This document shows, piece after piece, positions 56,061-64,000 of a DNA stretch of 64,000 bases. The notes under the pieces were generated by a model, which saw only the letters and a list, made by a program, of their open reading frames with translations, ran no database searches and was not told the DNA's origin. Location of the stretch: the sequence record OP123707.1; one strand, 5' to 3'. Numbering within the stretch: position 1 is the first letter of the stretch; each line of letters starts with the position of its first letter. Position numbers and translations under genes: made by a program.

Positions 56061-56687
56061 ATGAGATTTATTCAGCGTCTTTTAGGTTACTTTAAACCTA
56101 AACAGAAACCTAGAGACCTGCCCGATTACATAAACGCACTGGAAGCGATTAAGGAATTATTAAAGCCTAGTAGTATGACGCCCGTCAGCGAGGTATTACT
56201 TGCTCTATACAATTTCCAAACAGAGCTCCCGTATAGCTTCAAGGAGGACTTTAACACACTGAGTGGTAAACAGATCAAAGTAAATTCTAAGACATCTCAG
56301 AGACTCGCTCAGCTGGTCATAGAGTGTTTTGAAAACCCTCATGAACGGATCGGTAGTTATTACGATGTGTTCGGAACCGGTAGAGAAACTAAACCGGTAT
56401 TAGACTGGTATGCTAATGAAGAATCCATAACCGAAATCGTAGAGCACATGGCGGTTTGGTTTCAGTTAGGGATGCGTGTGCATTATGAAAGAAACGAAGA
56501 AGGCCCGACCGGTGATTACGATATGCCCGTTACCAGTCACCAGCGCAACTTCGTATTTTCCAGTATGTTCATGAAAGTCCTCAGCGACTATATTAGTTTA
56601 CTTGAATTGATTTTACACTGTCAGCCGAGAGGTGACGATTTTGAAAAAGCCAACCAAACCCACCAAGCCAACGTCCCTACCACCTAA
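56061..56687 (+). CDS. Hypothetical protein
   Basis: AAGGAG RBS; 208 aa. Confidence 0.7.
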   Translation: MRFIQRLLGYFKPKQKPRDLPDYINALEAIKELLKPSSMTPVSEVLLALYNFQTELPYSFKEDFNTLSGKQIKVNSKTSQRLAQLVIECFENPHERIGSYYDVFGTGRETKPVLDWYANEESITEIVEHMAVWFQLGMRVHYERNEEGPTGDYDMPVTSHQRNFVFSSMFMKVLSDYISLLELILHCQPRGDDFEKANQTHQANVPTT

Positions 56688-57069
56688 TCATTTGGACTTA
56701 AGTGGGATAACCAAAAACTACACGGAGGATCGAGACCTGAAAGATCCACCGTCGCGTTTGTTCAGAGCCATTCTAAGAAAACTGGCACCGAACATGGCAC
56801 AGTTAGTTTTGTTGCTAAAAGAGTATGTGGAGTGGGAAGTAACCACGGAAGATCCTAAGAAAGCCAAAGTGGAGCGTACGACATTAATGGGGAACATTCG
56901 ATCAGTGTTCTTCAAGAATGACACCATGACGTTTCCAAAGCTCTTGACGGGATTGAGCATACTGCAAGTTAAGCGATACAAGTTCACCATCGAAGTGGAA
57001 TTCGAAAACGGTGAGAAAGTTAGCGTTTCTGAATCGGGTCGTGTGCACAACGCCCGGAACACGAAATAG
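56632..57069 (+). CDS. Conserved hypothetical protein
   Basis: GTG start with GAGAGG RBS; 56-nt overlap with the previous gene. Confidence 0.6.
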   Translation: MTILKKPTKPTKPTSLPPNHLDLSGITKNYTEDRDLKDPPSRLFRAILRKLAPNMAQLVLLLKEYVEWEVTTEDPKKAKVERTTLMGNIRSVFFKNDTMTFPKLLTGLSILQVKRYKFTIEVEFENGEKVSVSESGRVHNARNTK

Positions 57070-57125
57070 TAACTGAGTCAATTATTACGTAATAAGAGAC
57101 CGCGGGAGTCCTTCGGGGCTCTCGC

Positions 57126-57134
57126 GATTTTATG
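57126..57134 (+). promoter_or_regulatory. Putative late promoter GATTTTATG
   Basis: Recurring motif right after a UUCG-loop hairpin (~57100-57126). Confidence 0.6.
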
Positions 57135-57161
57135 TTCCTTTATTTTTTGATGGTGAGTGAA

Positions 57162-58292
57162 ATGAGCGACAGCCCAACTTCCCTCGATTCCTTTGATCCC
57201 TTTGAGGGAATAGGTGAGACCGACCCGATTACCCGCACCTCTGAACAGATCAGCGATGGTGTGAGTGGGATTCGGAAAATGGCCACCAACCCAATCGACT
57301 CGAGTAGTATAGACAACTATTTAGGTATAGAGTCCATCATGCCAGAAATGGATGGCATGAGTGACGTTCTGAACGATTTTAAAAGTAACACCCTTGGACG
57401 TATGTCCGAGGTATACCAAACCAAGACCGAAAACTTCAAGCTGAGTGATCTGAAAGATCTTGCAGACATTGAAGGCGGTAAGATTAAATTAAACAAAGAT
57501 AAGATGTTGGGGGAATTGTCCGATGTCTTAGGTTACAACATCACCGACAAAGATGCGTTCTTTGGTCAAGCCGGGGATGAACTGTTTGAGTTGTTCACCC
57601 AACTAACCGACCCGGATGGTGGTGCGCTGTTAGATAAGAACGGTGATCAGCTGAGCTTTAAAGATGGCTGGCGAGAAGGCACAACCGAAGGGTTGATTTA
57701 CTCACTAGCTCGGTCTGGGGTGGAGCTCTATAATGAGGTCAAAGACTCAGCCATGCAGGATGCGTACGATGCCACGGTATTGTATTCCGCTGCACGAGCT
57801 GGGATGGTCGAAGCGTATGCTCCGATACATGAGAAAATCAAACCCAAAGAAAAAGCGGACTCCATGATGATCAATGCGTTAAAGTACGTCATTGGAAATG
57901 GGGACTATTTCAGCTTCCGTGAGATGCTCCGCATTTTAGGAATTGAACACTATCCAAAGATCCGTTCAACTTACCCAACCTTACCGATCACTTTATTGGC
58001 GGCGTATTACTTAGACAAAAGTGTTTATCAACATGAACACGAAGCGTTGTGTCTTGAGCTCGATGGTCACTTAAGTACGATCTATGGAACGGAGTGGTAC
58101 TTGACAGACACCGCACACGGTAAAGCGTACAATGCGCTCATTGGAAGTGGGCTCAGTGACGATGCGGTCACGCTGCTGATGAATGTGGATCGTTTATCGG
58201 TCCTCGTATCTTTGCGTAATACGTTCGATGAAATGATGGCCAGTGAAGTCTTTTTCAGTCAATTCCCAGAAACCCCAGAAATCAAATTGTAA
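57162..58292 (+). CDS. Probable virion structural protein
   Basis: ATG 57162 downstream of the late motif; acidic helical protein in the tail gene neighbourhood. Confidence 0.55.
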   Translation: MSDSPTSLDSFDPFEGIGETDPITRTSEQISDGVSGIRKMATNPIDSSSIDNYLGIESIMPEMDGMSDVLNDFKSNTLGRMSEVYQTKTENFKLSDLKDLADIEGGKIKLNKDKMLGELSDVLGYNITDKDAFFGQAGDELFELFTQLTDPDGGALLDKNGDQLSFKDGWREGTTEGLIYSLARSGVELYNEVKDSAMQDAYDATVLYSAARAGMVEAYAPIHEKIKPKEKADSMMINALKYVIGNGDYFSFREMLRILGIEHYPKIRSTYPTLPITLLAAYYLDKSVYQHEHEALCLELDGHLSTIYGTEWYLTDTAHGKAYNALIGSGLSDDAVTLLMNVDRLSVLVSLRNTFDEMMASEVFFSQFPETPEIKL

Positions 58293-58329
58293 TAATAACT
58301 CCTACCCCCGAAAGGAGGTAGGAGTTATA
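58291..58329. terminator. Bidirectional terminator; exact 39-bp copy of 10209..10247
   Basis: AATAATAACTCCTACCCCCGAAAGGAGGTAGGAGTTATA between convergent genes. Confidence 0.85.
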
Positions 58330-58346
58330 ACGGTTTTCTATTTTTT

Positions 58347-60527
58347 TTATCTTGCGATAGGTCGAGCAAACACTTTGGCAATATCCCCAACCACAGAGTC
58401 GGCAACCATGCCCGCAATGTTACCCGGAGCCACACTTTGTTTCCAAGCCGTGGTCTGAGTGGTCAAGCGTCTCGATAATTGACTCCAACGTAAAACGGTG
58501 TCCAAGTAGTCAGTACCCGTGATACGAGCCACGTAAGCGTTGTATGGACCCACGTCAGTCAACATACGAGACACCGCTGCCGCTGGGTTAGTGATGGACG
58601 CCAATAGACCTGAAGCACGAGTGATCGGGATACTCATGTATTTCTCCATGTCCACAAACGTTAGTTCCACCGTGATGTTCAAACACTTACGATCTTTCGT
58701 CCAACCCCCAGGCCCATCACCGAAACGAATGGTTGCGGATTCCACCATCCCCGTACGAATGATTTGACGACCTTTAGAAAAGACCTTACATAAGAACGGT
58801 GACGTTTGTGCAGAACCACCCGCGGAGTTCGGGAGGATTAATGGCAACAGCATGCAGAACGGAGCCCACATGGTGGTGATTTGAGAATACATAGTCGCGT
58901 AAGTGGATTTAAACTCAAACTTGTACGTTTCTCGATGTAGGTTAGCTGACGATTCAGACCAGTGATCTGGAATGTTGATGTGGGCGTTGTTCGTTAAGGC
59001 CAATGGGATGTTCACGATACTAACAGAGCTTGCGATACCTTCTACCGTATCTCGCATCATGTTCACCAACCCATCTACAACATCTAGTCCCGTTTGCATG
59101 TCCGCCATGTCAAAACGGAAATCGTTCACCGATTTCACCGCAGAGTTAAACTTAGAGGCCATCGGAGAAGCCGTGGTTGTGTTAGAGAAATTATCACTCA
59201 CTGCACCTTGATGATCACATCGTAACGTGATGGCATCAAAGCCCCCGTACAAAGACGTTTCCAACAAATCCACGATGTCACCCATCCAACTCCGGTCTTG
59301 CGTGTTGTCTTCATAAGTGGCTTGGAATCGTTGTGTATCGTAAATGTTAGGGGTCGTTCCCGTTAACGGAGGACGTTGCGAATCCCCAGGATGACCCGGT
59401 GCCGCAGACCCTACGGAGTTATCGCTGCCCGGTGGTCGTCCCGCACCACCTGCGTCCCCACCAAATAAACCTGGTAACGTCCCACTCCCAGAAGTGGTGG
59501 TGGATTTAGGATCCCCACTCGCCATTGGGTCATTATAGACATCCTGGTTTAAGAAAGACGAATGACGTTCAGGTGAGTTCTGTTCTGTTGAACCGTCTCC
59601 ACGAATACGTCCGGTGGTACTCAGCTCTTTATTCAAAAGTTTCTCTAACGGGATGTCGTAGGTGTTCCCATCGCCAGGACGGAAGTTGCGAAGCTTTTCT
59701 TCTATCGAATCCAGTTTCTGATTTGGAGAGTCAATGGCCGCATCATCCAGTTTCTTCACTTCTTTAACAAAGTGACGGAACTTACGAACACCACGAGTCA
59801 TCATTCGAGCTAAGTCGATTGTTCCATCTTCGTTGATCACATCACCGAAGGTTTTAGATAACCGAGCAATCTCTTCTTGATACTCTTTTTTGTACGCCGG
59901 ATCGATACCATTCACTGGAGCCACGTCATCGTACTTCATAGGTAATACTGGTTTGATTGCCCCTAACGATACCATGATGTCATTCAGTAAGTTATTCGCC
60001 GATTGCAAGTAATGCCCTACTGCCGGCTTAACGTAGTAGAATTGGTTCTTTGGTGTGTTGGACAACCAATAAAGGAACTGCATTCCGATACTGATCAATT
60101 GCAATGGAGCAAAAGCAACCGTACCAATTGCTTGCCCTACGTAAAACATGAACCCCGGAGCACGACCTTTGTTCGCCATGATCGCAGCCGCAGGGTCAAA
60201 CATGTTGGTGATGAAAGTTAACAGACCCGTAAACTCAGCCACCCCTGGAGTGATGGTGACCAGAGACGCGTTGTCATCGAACACCCGTTTGTACTGGGTT
60301 CCCATGCCACCTTCTTTGGTGGTCATGAATTGACTGAAGCGAGGGTCCGCTGACGGAGAAAACTGAGGGAGAGGGTTAATGTAACGGTTGTCTCCCGGTG
60401 AACTAGAGAAAAAGTTGTAATACAAATCTTTGTTGATGTGATCGCGGATAGTGACGTTTTCGACACCACTCGCCATCAGACGGAAAGACTTCTTAATGAG
60501 GTCTCGGTCTGTCACGGATACACTCAC
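58347..60527 (-). CDS. Virion tail/baseplate hub protein (phiKZ gp182-like position)
   Basis: GTG at 60527 with AGGAG RBS 7 nt upstream (the track start at 60677 overlaps the next gene); lies immediately downstream of the tape-measure/lysozyme gene. Confidence 0.6.
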   Translation of the reverse strand: MSVSVTDRDLIKKSFRLMASGVENVTIRDHINKDLYYNFFSSSPGDNRYINPLPQFSPSADPRFSQFMTTKEGGMGTQYKRVFDDNASLVTITPGVAEFTGLLTFITNMFDPAAAIMANKGRAPGFMFYVGQAIGTVAFAPLQLISIGMQFLYWLSNTPKNQFYYVKPAVGHYLQSANNLLNDIMVSLGAIKPVLPMKYDDVAPVNGIDPAYKKEYQEEIARLSKTFGDVINEDGTIDLARMMTRGVRKFRHFVKEVKKLDDAAIDSPNQKLDSIEEKLRNFRPGDGNTYDIPLEKLLNKELSTTGRIRGDGSTEQNSPERHSSFLNQDVYNDPMASGDPKSTTTSGSGTLPGLFGGDAGGAGRPPGSDNSVGSAAPGHPGDSQRPPLTGTTPNIYDTQRFQATYEDNTQDRSWMGDIVDLLETSLYGGFDAITLRCDHQGAVSDNFSNTTTASPMASKFNSAVKSVNDFRFDMADMQTGLDVVDGLVNMMRDTVEGIASSVSIVNIPLALTNNAHINIPDHWSESSANLHRETYKFEFKSTYATMYSQITTMWAPFCMLLPLILPNSAGGSAQTSPFLCKVFSKGRQIIRTGMVESATIRFGDGPGGWTKDRKCLNITVELTFVDMEKYMSIPITRASGLLASITNPAAAVSRMLTDVGPYNAYVARITGTDYLDTVLRWSQLSRRLTTQTTAWKQSVAPGNIAGMVADSVVGDIAKVFARPIAR

Positions 60528-60579
60528 GATTAGTCTCCTGTGGATGGTAAAGATGAGGGAGGTGTTACCCCCCTTTAAG

Positions 60580-63500
60580 TTAGAACGCATTAACGCCGAT
60601 CTGACGGTCGCGTTTCGCGTTTTGGTTTCCTTCATTAATGGCGTTGAGGATTTGAGCCAAGATTTGAGATTGGGCACCGATCGCTGCTTCTGTCTCTGGC
60701 TTCATGGTTACCTCTGAAGGCGGGGTTGGTTGAACTTGAACGACTGGAGCTACGGCTTCTTTCACTACGCTTGGTACTGGTGGTTCTTCTTTGAAGATCG
60801 ATTTGGTCGAAGTCTTCTGAGCTTGAGCCACCTTATCCATCACCTTCGTTTCTTTAACCGCGGCGGTCGCTTGCGCTGCCGTGTCTTCTAACGTTGGTGC
60901 GGTATCAGGTTTCGGCATGGTAGCCATGCGTTCTTCCAGTTTCAATCGAGCTTGATCACCGCTGTTCGCTAAAGAGTTGGCGTACTTCGCGCGTTTCGCT
61001 TCCAACTTACGTCGGACTCGAGGATCCACACGATCGTTCACCAAACCTTTCGACGTCTCCACCGGACCATCAATGATGCTGTATGGTTGATCTTCAGCTT
61101 CAGCGACTTGGGTATCACCTCCGTCTTCTGGTTTAAGATCTTTCGTCAGGTCTCCCGTTAATAGTCCTTCCAAGTATTGCTTGTAAAGACCTTCACGTTT
61201 GTCCATTCCCGGTAGAGCTTTACCACCATTCAACCCACGAGCTGCGTAAGTAAAGTCACCGTGTTCTTTGATCGATTGCATTTGCTTGGAGTTCTTAAAG
61301 AACCAAATGGCGGTTTTCGCCATGGTCTCTGGATCTTCCGACACCATTTTTGGATTATTAACGATATCCAAACCTAGGTCTGCGCCTGCACGTTCATAGT
61401 TGTCTTTACCCGTCAGCTGCACCAAACCACGACCACGGTATAACCAACCGTCGTTCGGACTGTCCGTATTCCCCAACCAACCATTGTACACAGCATTGGC
61501 AAACGCCACTGGGCCTTGACGAATGATTTCTTGGATTTGAGGGATATTGTATTTCTTCAATTTACGGAAGATGGAACGAGCACGACTTGCATTGGTATAA
61601 CGCATGTTCTCTGCGGTGTTGCGGAACCCACCTGTTTCGTAATCCGTTAAGGCCAACATCTCTGCGATTTGACGAGGGTCGTCATAACCTTGTTTCACCA
61701 TTTCCTGGATCAAGGTCTGAACGATCTGGTCTTTATTGAGAGACACCCCTTTATCGTCCCCAGGCTTCATCGTAACGTCGTTTTCTATCTTACGAGTAGT
61801 ATCGACGGACACCTCTTTTAAATCTCGGCTAAGGAGATCTTGAGGACCGTTACCGGAAGCGTTGGTTTGAGGACGGTTACTCTGACCTGTCTTGGTATTG
61901 ACATTACCGGAACGCAATTCCTGGAAATCCGGTTTTGCGTTTGGATCGGCAGTCATGGTACCTGGGGTCGGAGCATAGATCGAATTATCACGTTTGCTTG
62001 GAGCCGTAGTTTGACGTTCGAAATCTGGATCACGAAGCTTCGCTTCATTCGCCTTTCCTTCTAACGCAATCAACATGCGTTTAATGCGAGTATTCGCACC
62101 AGTGGACAATTCACCTTCAAACGGCGCTTCATCCACGTTGAAGACCGAACGGACTTTCTCATCGATCAACACACTCAGCTCATTCACGCGTTGAGAGAAA
62201 CGCATTTGTGCAGTTGCTGATAATGTACGCCACACTTTCGATGGATCACCACCACGTTGCTCACGACACGTTTCAAACCATACAGTGTAAACCGGTAGGA
62301 AACGGTAGTTAAACCAACGTAACGCTAACTCACGACCTTTCTTCGATGTAATGCGGAACGTCATTGCGAACGCTTTCCAGAACGCTTCATCGGTGTCGTT
62401 GTACTCGGCTTTACCGGAGGCGTAGGTCATACGTTTCTCCATCCAGCGTTCAAGCTTCAACACCGCTTCCACACGCCATGGCATGTTCTCATCGTTACCA
62501 TACGCTGCCAAGCGATAGGCGGTGATGAGGGCCACAGGTTTATCTCCTGGAAGCATGTCGGACACGTCAATGCCTTTAATCACTTCCGGTTGTTTAAACC
62601 ACGTATCCAGTTTGTCTTGTTTCTCTTGATCAACGTAGTTACCTGTGAGTTTGTCCCACGCGGTTTCCAACATGCCTTTCTTTTCGTTCTCTTTAATCTG
62701 GGTCTTCGTATCACGAATCATCAGATCGTCAGGGAGCTTAGTAAAGACGTTGGTTTTGTCGGTGGTCTTTTTCAATTCTTCAAAGTAACGGTTAATCTGA
62801 GCTAACGTGTCGGAATAATCCAACGCATACACATCTGCGTTAATCCAGACTTGAATACGGTACGGTGGTGGGTTCAGTGCTATAACGTCATTGTGCACGT
62901 CTTTCGCCACCACAGCCAGATTCAACGTGTCTGCTGTATCGTACTGTTCAAAGTTACGACAATGCAGAGTTTTCATGGCCGCTTGGTACATCAAGAAGAT
63001 CGGCTTGAAACGTTTGCCAAACCACGTTACGCCATCTTGCAATCCTTGTTCAGTCTTACGAGACGCAAAGAACGGAGACAAGATTTTGTTGAATGGAGTG
63101 GAGTCAGCAAAGCTCGCTTCTTTCTCTTTAAGGAGCACGTAGTTCTCTAACTGCTTTTCCAGTTTAAGGACGTCGTTAATGAGTTCTTCGTGTTGAGCGT
63201 CAATACCGTACTGTGCCATACGAAGTTTCTGTTGAACAGACAAATCGCTGGAGCTGAAGTATTTGTACGCCGCGTAACCCGCTAGCCCTACTCCTGCAAT
63301 ACCTAACGTAACCGGATTCAACAAGAATGGAGCAGCAGCGGCTGCAATCCCGCCTAATGACGTTCCCGCCATCCCAGCGACTGCTGAAGCTGTCATCCCC
63401 ATCCCAGCCACGTCTAAGCCTACCGAACCGTAATCCAGTAGTTTATCTGTCACTGATCCTTCTTCTGGGTCTAGAGAGTCTCTGACGGCTCCTAACGCCA

Positions 63501-64000
63501 TATCCCCACCGATCATTAGACCAGCACCCAAACCAAGTTTGGTCATGCCACTCATCTTACCCAGTTTAGGGAAACGTCCACGTTTACCGCCTTTCTTATT
63601 ACGACGATTACCAGACCCGTCCATGCCATCAGCCATGTCTCCGAGTGCATCAGTAGTCTTCCGACCCAACAACGCACTACCCAAGACTTTACCCAATGAG
63701 ACCAAACCTTTAGTGATAGTCCCACCCAGACCTACCATGGTTTTGAAACCCGTTACACCGATGCTCAAGAACTTCTGAAGTAACGTCGCCAAACCACCGC
63801 CAGCTAAACCTAAGAGACTGCCTAAGATGCCGCCGTCTTTCTTTGGTTTACCATTTTTGTCATTTGGTTGTAAGCTTTCTGCGATATCGATCACCGAGTC
63901 TTGGAACTTAGCTTTCTTCGCTTCTTTCTTACGACGGATTTTGTCCGCTAATGAGTTCAAACGGAAACCTGATTTCTCTGGCTGGACGTCCGCGTCTTCA
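60580..64000 (-). CDS. Tape-measure / tail-associated cell-wall hydrolase (phiKZ gp181-like) with GH19 domain, 5'-truncated by the window edge
   Basis: The frame is open to the window end. Gly/Ala-rich hydrophobic segments, repeated R-x-A-x-YG units, GH19 motifs DYETGGF..AEN..YRGRGLVQLTGKDNY..LNGG (~61160-61740). Confidence 0.85.
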   Translation of the reverse strand, partial: EDADVQPEKSGFRLNSLADKIRRKKEAKKAKFQDSVIDIAESLQPNDKNGKPKKDGGILGSLLGLAGGGLATLLQKFLSIGVTGFKTMVGLGGTITKGLVSLGKVLGSALLGRKTTDALGDMADGMDGSGNRRNKKGGKRGRFPKLGKMSGMTKLGLGAGLMIGGDMALGAVRDSLDPEEGSVTDKLLDYGSVGLDVAGMGMTASAVAGMAGTSLGGIAAAAAPFLLNPVTLGIAGVGLAGYAAYKYFSSSDLSVQQKLRMAQYGIDAQHEELINDVLKLEKQLENYVLLKEKEASFADSTPFNKILSPFFASRKTEQGLQDGVTWFGKRFKPIFLMYQAAMKTLHCRNFEQYDTADTLNLAVVAKDVHNDVIALNPPPYRIQVWINADVYALDYSDTLAQINRYFEELKKTTDKTNVFTKLPDDLMIRDTKTQIKENEKKGMLETAWDKLTGNYVDQEKQDKLDTWFKQPEVIKGIDVSDMLPGDKPVALITAYRLAAYGNDENMPWRVEAVLKLERWMEKRMTYASGKAEYNDTDEAFWKAFAMTFRITSKKGRELALRWFNYRFLPVYTVWFETCREQRGGDPSKVWRTLSATAQMRFSQRVNELSVLIDEKVRSVFNVDEAPFEGELSTGANTRIKRMLIALEGKANEAKLRDPDFERQTTAPSKRDNSIYAPTPGTMTADPNAKPDFQELRSGNVNTKTGQSNRPQTNASGNGPQDLLSRDLKEVSVDTTRKIENDVTMKPGDDKGVSLNKDQIVQTLIQEMVKQGYDDPRQIAEMLALTDYETGGFRNTAENMRYTNASRARSIFRKLKKYNIPQIQEIIRQGPVAFANAVYNGWLGNTDSPNDGWLYRGRGLVQLTGKDNYERAGADLGLDIVNNPKMVSEDPETMAKTAIWFFKNSKQMQSIKEHGDFTYAARGLNGGKALPGMDKREGLYKQYLEGLLTGDLTKDLKPEDGGDTQVAEAEDQPYSIIDGPVETSKGLVNDRVDPRVRRKLEAKRAKYANSLANSGDQARLKLEERMATMPKPDTAPTLEDTAAQATAAVKETKVMDKVAQAQKTSTKSIFKEEPPVPSVVKEAVAPVVQVQPTPPSEVTMKPETEAAIGAQSQILAQILNAINEGNQNAKRDRQIGVNAF

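Noticed and set aside
60528-60677. 98-nt overlap between the two large minus-strand tail genes implied by the ORF track
   Set aside because: A GTG with AGGAG RBS at 60527 gives a non-overlapping start.
324-63778. Numerous 60-126-aa ORFs nested antisense or out of frame within long genes (e.g. 13060..13398, 16996..17358, 29556..29888, 31900..32280, 56718..57062)
   Set aside because: They are shadows of well-supported genes, with no RBS or promoter context and no recognisable motifs.
1-64000. tRNA, rRNA or CRISPR arrays
   Set aside because: All intergenic gaps (<=205 nt) were read; none shows a cloverleaf with T-loop GTTC, rRNA-like sequence, or regularly spaced direct repeats.

Overview
This is a 64-kb segment of a phiKZ-like (nucleus-forming, Chimalliviridae-type) jumbo phage genome. 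The assignment rests on motif-level recognition of a split virion RNA polymerase beta C-terminal subunit, UvsX, SbcC next to a baseplate spike, phiKZ-type tail proteins and a tape-measure/lysozyme gene. The host cannot be determined from this window. Core virion and replication genes occupy about 1-13.8 kb and 46.3-64 kb. A ~32-kb accessory block lies between them and carries an NAD-dependent ligase, HAD nucleotidase, multi-AraC protein, bacterial-type RNase HI, Acb1-like anti-CBASS enzyme, GroEL, thymidine kinase, an intein-containing SF2 helicase and many paralogous unknowns. The most notable observations are: (1) two apparently dead enzymes (ThyA-fold, phiKZ gp155-type RNase H), each accompanied by an intact functional alternative; (2) a class 3 (Ala1, WCT) mini-intein in the helicase P-loop; (3) an early-expressed array of proteins with an N-terminal Ig-like domain and variable C-termini; (4) two promoter motifs (ACCTATATTAC early, each followed by a hairpin; GATTTTATG late) and structured leaders able to occlude the RBS. 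No tRNA, rRNA or CRISPR array was seen. All homology calls come from motifs read by eye and recalled family sequences, not database searches. phiKZ gp numbers are from memory.
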